This document shows positions 40,101 through 53,419 of a stretch of 64,000 bases of DNA, in pieces. The position numbers and the translations under genes were made by a program. Position 1 is the first letter of the stretch. The number at the start of each line of letters is the position of its first letter. This DNA is from Octopus vulgaris (taxonomy: Eukaryota). The DNA lies in the NCBI GenBank assembly GCA_951406725.2, contig OX597832.1, forward strand, positions 6,324,001-6,388,000. The letters are read 5' to 3'. Below the pieces are notes generated by a model. The model did no database searches. It was not told where the DNA came from and worked only from the letters and a program-made list of their open reading frames with translations.

Positions 40101-41343
40101 TATACATACACACATGCACATATTGTATATTAAACTATGCACTCATGAAACACATTCACAGCTAGACTTCTACCTATGTATATCGTGCTTACTCATATAT
40201 GAGAGTAGTTACTCAGAGAAAGAACAAAAGAGCTGACTTGTCACATGACTGACAGGTGCATCGTATGCTATGGGACAACAGACATAAAAATGATGAGGTA
40301 CGCTCACACACAGATGCACGTGAGCATACACACACACACACACACACATGGCTTCTACACAGTTTCAGTTCACCAGATTTAAATAAAAGTACTGATCAGT
40401 TCAAGACTGCATTAGAAAGAATTTTCCCAGTGTGATGTGCAGTGGGATTGAATCCAGAACCACTTGGCTATAAAATTATTAACCACATGACTATGCATGA
40501 GTTCCTTTTTGTCACACTCTATTCAGATAATGTTGTAGTTAGTGCACAAAATCCACAACAATCTAAAACAATAAATAATAATTTTGTTCTGAAACAGAGT
40601 ATACAAAATAAGACAATCTGTTTACAGAAACAGAAGCAGTAAGATGTTATTTAGCTTTTCTTAATAAATCAATTTATCATATGTCATAAACTTCAATGTA
40701 AGTACTTTATTGTCATTCCTTAAATCCAGATTATCATTTTTTTTCCCCATTTACATGTTTCTTTAAGTGTAGAAACATTTATTTCATGTGACAATAAGGC
40801 ACAATCAAATTAAAATGGTTTAAGAAGTATTTTAAAATGTTATTTGAAAAATAATCAATTATATAAAAACTAAAATGTTTGCAAGTAAGCAACTGGAATC
40901 AGGACAGTACATTACTGACACTCATTTTATTGAGCTGAAAACACAATTTGGACATTAAAAAAATGGGAAAGGATACCGTTATTTGTCTATGTTGTTCAAA
41001 TACATGCCACTGGCCACTCCGAGTTATTTCTTTTGGCTCATTTTAAAATTATACAAATTAGCTCCTTAAACATGTTCTACTCTTTTAGTGCAAATCTAAG
41101 TGTCTTTGCTAGTGGAAATAAGGTTGGACAATAGTTGTGTATGATAACTATTGAGGAAGAAGCATTTGTCCGCAACTTTTCTTTTATCTCTAGACAATAA
41201 ACCTGTCCCTTTCTTTGATATATCGACATTGGAGAATTTTTGAGTCTTGAGATTATCTTCCCTTTTCATATGGCACTGGTTTTAATTGCCATTTGGTAAT
41301 TATGGCACATCCTCTAAAGGCAGAGACAATTTCATAAATCAAG

Positions 41344-42668
41344 AATTTATGTAGTATAGTATTTGATATACCTGTAATTGTCTATGTTGCTCACAGAGCT
41401 ATTTTTCTGAGCTCATTTTTGTTGAGCAAAATTCTTCATAACATTTAGTCCAGAATTCTATTGATCTTATGAATCCACTACTTTCAATGATATAGTTTAT
41501 GGCTAAGTCAAAGGAGGAAGAACAGCATTCGCAACCTAAGAAGGCTCTCCATGATTAGTGCAAGGGGAAAATGGCAGAAGACAACCTAGCAATAGGAAGT
41601 AGTGACTCTGCTAAAGGCTATAAATGACCAAGGGGCAGTGTTAAACCAGATAGTGGGTAAATTCACCACATTGATACATTAATATTGATTTCAAATTTTG
41701 ACACAAGGCCAGCAATTTTAGGGAAGAAATTGCTGGCCTTGTGCTCAACTGATACTTATTTCATTGACCCCAATAGGATGAAAGGCAAAGTCAACCTCAG
41801 AGCGTTGACATTGAGTAGAGATGACCCGGAGGTTGTTGCACTTCAATTACTATCGCAAACAGCAGTAGGTTTCTTCAGCTGAATACACGTCATTGATTGG
41901 TTAAAATTACCCAAATACAACAACTTTAACATGAGATAACTTCTAAAATACGAAATTTTGTCAAAAATGTTGAAAGTAAGCCGTATTCAGTGTGAAAAAT
42001 TACACCAGTATACAAAGTTTCAAACTGTTATTTAAAAAAAAATAATTAAAAAATCTGTGAGCCAAACTGAAGAGATCCATTGATGTATCAAGGTAAGGCA
42101 GTGAGCTGGCAGAATCATTATCTCACTGGGCAAAATACTTAGTGGCATTTCATCCATCCTTATGTTCTGAGGTTGACTTTGCCTTTCATCCTTTTGGGGG
42201 TTAATAAAATAAATACAAGGCCAGCAATTTCAGGTAAGAAATTGCTGGCCTTGTGCCAAAATTTTAAATCAATATTAACGTATCAATGTGGTGAATTTAT
42301 ACATTACCTAGTTTAATGCTGCCCCTTGGTCATTGATAGCCTTTAGCAGAGCCCGCTCTATTGTATTTGGCCCAAGTCTCTAGTCATGAAACTTGATATT
42401 TTGATGTACTACTTCCTATTGCTAAGTTGTTTTCTTCCCTTTTCTCCCTTGCACTAATCATGGAGAGTCTCCTTGGGTTGCTATTGCTGTTCTTCCTCCT
42501 TTGACTTAGCCATAAACTATATCATTGAATGTAGTAGATTCATAAGATCAACAGAATACTGGACTAAAAGTGATGAAGAATTTTACTAAACAAAAATGAG
42601 CTCTGAAAAATATCTCTGTGAGCAACATTGACAAATACAGGTATATCAAATACTATACAACATAAATT
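41344..42668. repeat. Local inverted duplication of about 460 bp (arms 41344-41803 and 42163-42668) including a SINE A part
   Basis: Arms align as reverse complements at roughly 85-90% identity; the right arm has about 56 extra bases at 42352-42407. Confidence 0.9.
41867..42078. mobile_element. MITE in the spacer of the inverted duplication
   Basis: Imperfect TIRs ggtttcttcagct / aactgaagagatcc. Confidence 0.55.
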
Positions 42669-42879
42669 TATATTTGCTATTTTAATCTGGTAATCTTTGA
42701 ATTTCCAAAGAGGAAATACAATGTAATTTGAGAAGTTTGAATTTCCTGGACAATTGATTTTGGGTTTTTCTTATTACATAACATTTTGAAGTATGAGCAT
42801 CTTTTGGCTGGTATAATTTAGAACACTATTTAATTGAAGGTTTTAATGCTCATATCTAACATATCATAGTTCTGTAACA

Positions 42880-43109
42880 TCATCAACATTTAACATCAAC
42901 TTTTGAATCTTGCTTGAGTCAATCAGAATTTTGTTGAGGCAGATTTTCTATGGCTAGATGCTCTTCCAGTCACCAAACTTCATCTGGTTTCAGGTAAGTT
43001 AATATTTCCCCTTGGCCAGATATGTTTTTCATAGAAGACTAAAAACAAACACCATTGTTTGTATGACAGTGATGTTTGTCTGCAACAATCAATTGATGTC
43101 AAGACAAAG

Positions 43110-43160
<51 letters not shown>

Positions 43161-43307
43161 AGGCTTCTTTCATTTTCTCTCTTCCAAATCCACTCACAAG
43201 GCTTTGGCCATTGTAGGAGACACTTGCCCAAGATATCATGCAGTGGTACTGAACCCGAGACCACATCTCTGTGTAGCAAGCTTCCTAACCATACAGCCAC
43301 GCCTGCA
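42880..43307 (-). mobile_element. SINE family B variant with internal (CA)n and RTE-like tail
   Basis: ccaaatccactcacaaggctttgg...gacacttgcccaag...accatacagccacgcctgc. Confidence 0.82.
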
Positions 43308-46300
43308 ACAAACATGTTATAGATGCAAGTTTTACATAAGTTTTAATTTAGAAACAGATCAAAATGTAGGATATTAAATTCAAAAGAGGAGATAATCTCA
43401 AGTTAACAAAGACACATCTCAAAAATATAGATATGTAATTACAATAAAACCTATCACTTTTCCATCAGTAAAATTATCTGGTTAACTCTTTCAGAGAAAA
43501 AAAAATACTACAAAAAGAAGAAAAAAATACAAATAACAGCTACTCATTAAATTTTGAGTAATATAAAAGTAATATAATTTACATGAGATCTAATCCAATT
43601 TTACAGCTTTGATAAAAAAATATCTCCTTGATGTTCTATAGGAAAGTTTTCAATAAAGTAAGTTGCATGTGCACATCTACAATAATTTATTCCACATTTT
43701 ATATATATTTATAAAGTCTTCCTTATTATCATAAGCAACATTTTCATTTTAATGTCCATTTTTCTGTGCTAGCATATATTGAAAGGCTTCAAATAGATAT
43801 TCAAGTTTTCCACAGACTTTTATCTTGGAAGCATAAATCATTTACATGCTACACTCATACTAGTTCAGCTGTCTTTCTGTTGGTTTTATAAAATTATATT
43901 CATTAATATTCAGTTCACCTGGACAAAATAATTACAAACTATAAAATCAGACTCTTTTTCTCTGTTTAAAATTTGTCTGTTTAAAATTTCAGATTTTTAT
44001 TTCGATTAATTCTCTTTAATATCCAGAAAATCGGTTAATTTATCCCTCCAAACCTAAACATTCCAAGTAAAATTGTAAATTATAAAATGGAAACATTCAA
44101 TTCTCACAAAATAGGATTGCATTTCAAATTGCTTTATCTTGAAGAGAAAAAAAGTCACACAACAAAAAGTGAAATAAAATGCCAAGAAAAAAAACTGTAA
44201 AACTATGCTCAAACATTATTCTATACCAACTAAGTGTTCTTACCATTCTTCTCATTACAAAAACTCCCTACTTACATCTTTACAAACTAATATTCCTGTT
44301 CCACCCAGATCGTTTTACTTCTTAGTTGTAATGGATCTTTAGTGATGGCTTTGTAATTTTCAGGCATTCAATCCTTTTATAAATTTTGATTTTCTTTGAA
44401 TCAATAAATACACGTTAAGGTAAATTAGAAACAACCTCTTAAAGCTATTAGTTTTTATTTGTATTTCTTAATCTCTATAAAATACTATACATCAGTTCAA
44501 CTTTAAAAGTAGTTAATTACATAAAATATTGAACAGCAAGATATCTTAATTCTTAGCATTTTTATATTTGGTTTTACTAAAGAAATTTTAACCCCATAAT
44601 AACCCTACTGTAAAACTAAATGTTAAACACTAAACACAGTTTTGCATATAAAAAAGAACTTTTCCTTTAAAAGTAATTCTGCTAACAAGTCAGATAATAC
44701 GGACCAAATTCTAATCCAGGTGTGCTGTAGTTTGCTGTCAGTAAATAAATATAGGGCCCAGTGTACTGATTTGCCAAGAGGTCTATAATGTTGTTCATAG
44801 TAGCCGTGGCCAACCAACAGACAAAAATCAACAGCTATCTATAAATATCTATATATGACTCTAAAACATGCATGTACAACTATCACAATACTGGACCAGA
44901 CAAAATGTACTACATTGTTTGCAATTGTTTTCTGTGTAAACTTGGAATTTGTTTTAAACAGAATAAATGATAAAATGAATGTAATTTTTTTTTAAATCAC
45001 TAAAAAATATGGAAAATATAAAAAACTACACATATCAGAAATCACCCCTACTCCATGAAAATAACAAATTCATGTTTAAGTTCCCAATGACACAAAGGTA
45101 CATAACATTCAAAAAGGAATTCCTTGCTATACTATGGTGCAACACATAACAAAATTTATGATTATATTTAGTGGCGGGGCAAGTCGAGCCAATAATAATT
45201 ATTCAGTAAAAGAAATTCAATAAGTTTCAGATTTTGAATACAGCAAGCTGTAAAAAAGACTGAACTTGTGGATGGTAATTTTATCAGTAAAGAACAAGGC
45301 AAGGAGATTTTTGTTTTGGGTTGGCTTTCTTTTTTTTTTAAACTAGTTATTTAAGCTAGTTATTTCTGGAAATTGACAATCTTTATAAAAATGGATAATT
45401 GTGGCAAAGCTCAATGAGAAAATTGTTAATTTTAGGCACATTAAGTTAAAATATGTCTTCTTTCCAGATTTGAGGTACATCTATCATATGTTATGTATTT
45501 CAAAACTATAAGTAATAAACTGATGTGTGTAGAAAGCAAATACATGGTCAGGCTACTTCTCTTCTCCTCATCCCGATATCCCTGTAGTCAACAATTTGTA
45601 TCTACATTGTTTCATTATATATAACCAACACTCCTTTACAGCAAGTTTGCTTTATCATTTTCCAACATTTTTCTTTAACATTCAATTTAAAATTACAATC
45701 TAATATATTGAAATGTTACATTTTCATTCTGAGCTAGAACTTTTCAAATAAAGAATTGATAAATGAAATTAATATAAAATAAAAAGTATTACCATCCTCT
45801 TGCATTCTGACATCAATATGGCCTTCACCATAGTGTCTAGAATAGACTGAACATATTTTCATAACCATTACTATGCATGATATATCTTAATTTGAGTATT
45901 TCCATAAGACAGAATTTTTTGATGATGGGAAGAAAGAATTGATATTTTTATAAGTAAAAATTCTTTCTTTTTCAATTATCTACAAAAATAGTTTCTTTTT
46001 CTTTTTCTTTTTGCAAAAATGAATGATGAGTAATGAGTGCACTGTAAACTAATTACAAAACCTTACATATCTCAGAGAAAATATATTATCTTCAGAATTA
46101 TAGCGTAAAATATATCGAATGCAATAACAGAAATATCATATATCTTGCTGTAAGTGATGGTAACAGTCAATAATAAATTTTTCTAAAATAATAAAGAATA
46201 AGAAAAATCAAAGAGAATTTGAAAATAACTTTTTGATAAAGTAAATAGGAATTTAGATAAGATTTTATCAAGACAGCAAATTTTATTAGCTATTATATAC

Positions 46301-46374
46301 AAAATAAAAATAACATTTTGAAATAAAGATTTGCTTAATGGAAATTTGTGTGTGCATTGTAACCCTTTCAGCAA

Positions 46375-46430
<56 letters not shown>

Positions 46431-46453
46431 AGTAACCCTTTCAGCAAGCATAT

Positions 46454-48656
46454 TGCTAAATGAAGAGAATGAATGGGAGAGAGTCTGCTGAATGTTGACC
46501 CAACAGCTATCCGAATTGACAGTACCTTGGTAGATTAAATAATTAAGGGTATGAAGACAGGGAAAGCCCCCACCCCGGCCCATCAGGAATCACCGCAGTG
46601 GTGCTTAAAATATCTGGCGGTGTCGGCTATAGTCCTAGTCACCTGTATAGTCAATCAGGTGATACATGAAGGAGTCATACCCAATGACTGGTGTAGCAGC
46701 ACCATAGTCAACTGCTACAAAGGTAAAGGTGATGCATTAGATACAAATAATTACAGAGGTAGCAAGTTATTGGATCAGGTAATGAAAGTCATGGAAAGGG
46801 TCATAGCCCAGCTAATTAGGGAGAGAGTCAGTTTAGATGAGATGCCATTTGGGTTTGTGCCAGGGAAAAGTACCACTGATGCTATATTTCTGGTAAGACA
46901 GACGCAGGAGAAATACCTAGGCAAAGATAAACTTCTGTACCTGGCTTTCATTGACATGGAGAAAACCTTTGACAGGGTCCCCCAATCCCTTATCTGGTAG
47001 TCAATGAGGAAACTAGGGATAGACGAGTGGTTAGTGAGAGATGTACAAGCCATGTACAGGGATACTGTCAGTAAGGTGAGGGATGGCAACGAATACAGTG
47101 AAGAATTCTGGGTAGGGGTATGGGTCCACCAAGGATCAGTCCTTAGCTCCCTCTTATTCATCATAGTCTTCCAGGCAATAACAGAGGAATTCAAGACAAG
47201 ATGCCCCTTGGAGCTTCTCTATGCTGATGACCTTGCTCTAATAGCTGAGTCACTATCAGAACTAGAGAAGTTTCAGATGTGGAAGCAAGGACTAGAATCA
47301 AAGGGTCTTAGAGTCAACCTAGCAAAAACCAAAGTTTTAATAAGTAGGAAGGCAGACAAACCACAAATCCCTTCAGGTTGATGGCCCTGCTTAATCTGTA
47401 GAAAAGGCATAAATAGAAACTCCATAAGATGTACCCAGTGTAAGCTATGGACACAGCAATATCAAAGGAAGGCTAACTGGGAAGCTAGTGGCAAATGTTC
47501 AGGAGCAATAAACACTGAAAACGTGCAGAAAACAGCTTCCATCATATTCCAGGGGGAAAAACTAGAAGTAGTTGATAGGTTCTGTTACCTAGGTAACCAA
47601 GTCAGTAGCAGGGGTTGACGCTCTGAAAGTGTAGCTGCTAGAATAAGAATAGCCTGGGCAAAGTTTAGGGAGCTCCTGTCTCTGTTGGTGACAAAGAGCC
47701 TCTTGCTCAGAGTAAAAGGTAGACTGCATGATGCATGTGTGTGAACAACCATGCTACGTGGCAGTGAAAATGGGCCGTGACTGCTGAGGACATGCATAAG
47801 CTTGCAAGGAATGAAGCCAGTATGGTCTGATGGATGTGTAATGTTAGTGTGCATACACAACAGAGTGTAAACGCCCTTAGAGAAAAGATGGAGTTAAGAA
47901 GCATCAGATGTGGTGAGCAAGAGAGACAACTGCACTGGTATGGTCATGTGTGGTGAACGGATGAGAGCAGCTGTGTGAAAAAGTGTCACACCCTAGCAGT
48001 AGATGGAACCTGTGGAAGGGGTAGACCCAGGAAGACCTGGGATGAGGTGGTGAAGCATTGGGTCTCATTGAGGCAATGACAGATGACCAAGACCTTTGGA
48101 GATATGCTGTGCTTGAGAAGACCCGGCAAGCCAAGTGAGACCATAACCATAGCTTAAGCCATATAAGAGTACTCTTCAATCATTGGGCAATAAACTGCAC
48201 TTGCGAAGACCTGTTGAGGCAAGTGAAATCATTGTGATAGCTGATGACAGTACCGCCTGATTGGCACCTGTGCCAGTAGCATGTTAAAAGCACCATTTGA
48301 GCATGATTGTTGCCAGTGTCGCGTGACTGGCTCCCATGCCAGTGGTGTGTAAAAAGCACCATTCAAGCATGATCATTGCCAGTGTTGCCCGACTGGCTCC
48401 TCTGTCAGTGGCATGTGAAAAACAAAATTTGAGTGCGATCAATGACAGTACTGCCTGAATGACCTTCATGCCGGCGGCATGTAAAAAGCACCTACTACAC
48501 TCTCAGAGTGGTTGGCGTTAGGAAGGGTATCCAGCTGTAGAAATTCTGCTAGATCAGATTGGAGCCTGGTGCAGCCTTCTGGCTCGCCAACCATCAGTCA
48601 AACCGTCCAACCCATGCCAGTACGGAAAGTGGATGTTAAACGATGATGATGATGAT
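46454..48656 (+). mobile_element. 5'-truncated RTE-clade LINE, RT pseudogene
   Basis: NYRGSKLL, FGFVPGKSTTDAIF, AFIDMEKTFDRVP, VHQGSVLSSLLF, LLYADDL; a few stops and frameshifts; (gat)n tail; 24-bp direct repeat at 46430-46453 and 48664-48687. Confidence 0.95.
48245..48495 (+). repeat. About four tandem 65-bp repeats in the LINE 3'UTR
   Basis: Recurring gccagtg...gactggctcc...gtgccagtgg.atgtaaaaagcaccatt.gagcatgat. Confidence 0.75.
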
Positions 48657-50124
48657 ATATACATAGTAACCCTTTCAGCAAGCATATATATATATATATT
48701 GACTCAGATGAATATGGTACTTAAATTGAGGCACCAGAATTTAGTATGGTATTATGCATACAATTTCAAAATAAGGAATAAGGGGATTAAAATCAAAATA
48801 AACATATCCTTGTTGCTTATTTTGATTATATATATATATACACAAACACACACACAGAGTAAACTTTTCAATAAGCATACATATATATATATATATAGTA
48901 ACCATTTCAGCAAGCATGTGTGTGTGTGTGTGTCTAAATAAATAAATAAATAAATAGTAATGCTTTCAGCAAGCAACTACAGAAAAATTAAATTAACTAT
49001 AAATAAAAATCAAAGTAAATCCGTTAAATCTTCCAATATTTAAAATTGTATTTATTTAATATATGATAAAATATATATAAATTGTAATTTAATTTAGAAA
49101 GAATTATGATTAAGAAATCCAACCATTTTTAAAATAGTGAAAATGTCATTAAAATATCTAATTATTTCTTCAAAAATTAAGTAGCTAAACAGCAAAACTG
49201 AATAGTACTTAAAATTCACCATCATCATCATAAAATCTGAATCATATATTTTGCTATGTTGACAGGAGTTAGACATGTCTCAATTCTGCATCATACTTGA
49301 AGAAGCTTTGGATGAGGATAGCAAGCTGGTATTGTTATTGTTTCTATCCTTAACTACTATCATAGAGAACAGACTGAGTATATTCATCATGATGTCAAGC
49401 ACTAAGATGGTGAAGATGATGGTGAGGGTAGTGATGGTGATGATGATGTGATGGTGGTGATGGCAGTGATAATGATGATGACAGCTACAGCAAGCTTAAT
49501 GTTTAATAATAACTACCATACAATTGACAAATATCTGTTTTACTTCCTGAACTGGAAATAAATGTCACTCCCATCTTGGAATGGAATTGTTAGTAACAGA
49601 AAAAGCATCCACTTCCACTATATAAATAAATAACATGAACAACTACCAGTCATATGCAAATGCAAATATTTGCAATGTTGCACCAGTTTATCTATACTAG
49701 AATGAATGGTAACATTGATATAAAATTATAAATTAGATAAAAACAATAACTTTCATATGCAAATAAGTTCATTATAATGATCAAAGGATAAAGAAAGTAG
49801 TTTCACACATGAAAGTCAGCAATATAGTTTGTTTTTTGATTTTGCTTTTTTTTCCTAGTTTTAAAAGAATGTATATCATTTCATCTAGCTAATATTGTAG
49901 TTATAGGTTATTTATTGCATTGCTGTTATCAATATTCATTTCAAATTTTTACTACTTTATATTCAGAAGAAAAGCACAGTTAAATATTTCAAAGAAATCA
50001 CATTTCAAACTAGTTTTAGGAATCCAATCATTATTCAATACATGTACCAATGTCTGTACATAGTCATTTCAAAAGTTCAGAACATTTTTTTTCTTTCAAT
50101 AATAAATTCTATTTTTCTCAAGAG

Positions 50125-50930
50125 TCGTCATCATTCAATGTCCATTTTCCAGGTCAGATAGTTTGACAAGAGTCAGGCAAGCTGCAGGATCACATTAAGT
50201 TCCAATGTCAGCTTTGTCATAGTTTCTATGGCTGAATACTCTTCCTAATGCCAACCAACTTACAGAGTGTACTGGGTACTCTTTTTTCTTTACCACCAGC
50301 ACTGGTGAGGACACGAAATAACTTGCAAGGTGAGAAAAGAACAAGATAAAAGAAAGGGGGAAAGTCCCTTCAACTAAGTGGGAGGAAGTATTTGATGGTG
50401 GGGGGTGGGCAGTGATTTAACACCAGACATTAAGAGGCTAAAGTATAATAGAAGGACAAGCACAAGTGTCTTGCTAAAGAGGGGATACATGACTATCCAC
50501 CTCACTGTATCATATAAGGGTGGGAGTAGCTTGAAGGAAGGTAAGATAGTGGTGATGAGATGCCAAATTATCTCCAGATATAAGGTGAGTATAAGAGAGG
50601 ATACAGACAGTGAATCAAGGGGAGAGGGGACAGTTTCATAAGAGTCTGAGGAAAGGGGAGAGTAACACATGGTTAGAGATAGAGACAGATGTGAAAGTAG
50701 TGAGTGATAAACAAGGGTGCAGATGATGGGAAACACCAGTAAAGAGAGGGGCTGTGGTATGAGAAATAGAATTGGTTAAGAAAGAAGAATAGATCAGAAA
50801 GTAAGGAAATGATGTCCAAGACATAGGAATGGCAGGGAGGGAGATGTAGAAGGACATAAGGATGACTATAGTAAGTAGGGTGTGATAGCCATTATGAGAG
50901 TTGCCTAATATAAATGGAAAAGTGTACAAC
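50125..50930 (-). mobile_element. RTE tail with a long GA/CT-rich extension
   Basis: cttcctaatgccaaccaacttacagagtgtactgggt is the reverse of the LINE 3' end; adjacent purine-rich tract. Confidence 0.6.
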
Positions 50931-52749
50931 CAGTGAATGTGGGTTTATTCTAACTCACAGAAACTTGATATTAAGGCAAGTTGGATGAAATCCCTATTTA
51001 CACAAGCCTTAAAATGTTTCTAAGTTAGAAACTTAGGAGTGTTTAATATAACCTATTTGGCACAGTAACTGATAGGATTAGAAGTATAGGCAATCACTTC
51101 AAAATAATCATAGCCTAACAACCGGAGAACTGATGATCATAGATAACCTTTTAGCAACTCCATATTATTTGTTCCTGGTAACAGCACTAACTTTTTAGTA
51201 GCTGAAGATATCTTAAATCTTCTCAGATATTTAAGAATATAAGATAAGATACTTTTTGGAATTTATAAACTCTTTCATTTATCTAATTAATCTAAAAGGT
51301 CAATAGACAAATCATTCGTTTCCAAAATTTTATAATTGGTACATACAATCACTTCCTTCATTGTCATTCTTTTGTGCAAGTATGTTATAGACACAGACAC
51401 AACTGTGTGTTTAATAAACTTACTTTGCAATCATGTGGTTTTGGAATTCACACACACACACACATTAAAAACAGAGAATGAGCAAGCCAAACATATGGTA
51501 TCACTTTAGAGCATTTAATTTATCATTTAAACATATTGCAGAGTAGTTACAGTAAATATGTAAAGTCTCTAAATATGTTACTGAGTAAAGATTTTCACAT
51601 AAGTTAACTATTCTATCATTAGAGAGAGAGAGAGATAAATAAAGAATATCGTTCAAAGCTATTAGTAGATACAAGTTTGCTGCAGAACCAAGGAATGTCC
51701 AAAATAAAGGATAATAGTGGCTGGTAGTTTCAGATTGAAGGATTTAAGGAATCCTTAGTAAAATGTAATGTTAGTTAGCAGTTCCATTGTTGAAGTATCA
51801 AGAAAAATCGATGGTAAAAGATGATAGATGTTACTAGTTCCATCTTTGAAGAGAAGTGGAGTAGACGTGAATGGAAGGCCTTCAAAGAGTACAGGACAGG
51901 GTGAAGGAAGAGTAGTAAATGCAGGAGAGAGAGTTAATAGACACTAGCTGATATAGTGAGGGCATACATAACACAGGAGTTAAGGGATGAGTATACTCAT
52001 ACACACATATATACACATGCATACACATATACATGCACACACATGTAGATAGATACATGCCTGTACATAAACACATACACACACATACAAATGTGTATAT
52101 ATATATATGCATACCTACATAAATGTTGTGTGTGTATATAGATATATGTATCCACACACATACAATAGAAGAAGAGGGAATATGATGAGAAGGGAATGAG
52201 AGGTTCACAAACATGGAATGAAGAAGGCCAAGTATATAAAGTCAAGAGCCTTACTATAGTGTCAATGATGAGTGTGGGCTAGGATTATTGATAGCCAAAG
52301 GGTGGGGTTAATGTTAGAGAGTTGTACCAAGAGCCTTTTGGACAATAGCCTTTCACCACAGTGAATCAGATATGGTAAGCTGTTGGGGAAGAAGTAAACA
52401 TCAACTGGTTATAATGATGTTTGCATTAGCTGTATGAAATATTAAAATATTATTGAAAGAAATATAAAATACTGAAATATTACTGAAAGACGTATATATT
52501 ACTATATGTTTTGTTTGTTCAACTTCTATTTCTAATATATATCTATCTGCTCAATGATGAACCACTGTGATAGTCAGCTTCAATACCATTTTTTTAGTTG
52601 CAAGTCAAGCAGGAGTTTTAGTGGTAAACCAAACCAAGCACTTGTTCTACATACATATTACATTATGGCATTAGATGAAAAGTTTTTATATGTACTCTAC
52701 ATACACACACACACACACATGTGAGTGTGTGTGTGTGTGTGTGTGTGTA

Positions 52750-52950
52750 TTATTGCTCCACCCTACCATTGCTTGACAACCAGTGTTACTTGTTTACAGC
52801 CTGATAACTTAGCAGTTCAGCAAAGTAGACTGATAGAATAAGTACCAGATTTTAAAAAATAAGGGCTAGCTGGATCTGTTCAGCTACACCCTTCAGAGCA
52901 GTACCCAGCATGGCCACAATTAAATGACTGAAACTAGTAAAGAATAAAAA
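52750..52950 (+). mobile_element. 3' half of SINE family B
   Basis: gcttgacaaccagtg...taacttagcagttcagcaaa...gatagaataagtacc...cagcatggccac...gactgaaactagtaaaagaataaaa. Confidence 0.8.
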
Positions 52951-53142
52951 ATATTTTGTTTGAGAACCTGTAATCCTTTCACTACCAAAATACCTGAAGT
53001 AACTCCTGATCTCATGTTATCAACCCATCTAAATCAATGCCCATTAAAGTTCACATATTTAAAATTGAAATCTTATTATATCATTGTAATATGCAAGGCT
53101 TCAGTAGATAACACTATTACAGTTTCATGTGAGAATCTATTT

Positions 53143-53366
53143 TCAACCTTTTTGATACCAACCTGCCTGAAACCTTTTGGTTCTATAATACAAATTACCC
53201 GTTTCAAAGTGATCTAAATTACAACCTTCCATCAAAATTTCATGTTAATTTATGTCCTGAACACTAGCTTAATGATGGAAGTTATTTTAATAAATCCATA
53301 ATTATCATAATTAATTGAAAGAAAGAGAATGTATTTCAACAGAAATATTCTAACAAAAATGTTAAA
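53143..53366. mobile_element. Decayed piggyBac-type MITE
   Basis: tcaacctttttgatacc ... ctaacaaaaatgttaa resemble TTAA-ccct TIR ends. Confidence 0.45.
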
Positions 53367-53419
53367 GTTACATTCTAATTAGTAATTTTAAAAAAATAAA
53401 AGTAAATTTAATAATACAT

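Noticed and set aside
41170-41400. Minus-strand peptide loosely like a Gypsy RT N-terminus
   Set aside because: Similarity too weak, and no downstream RT motifs or LTRs
46775-48469. Several minus-strand ORFs
   Set aside because: Antisense to the RTE RT and 3'UTR
46358-48980. CRISPR-like repeat-spacer array
   Set aside because: Spacers are microsatellites of irregular length, the context is eukaryotic and there are no cas genes
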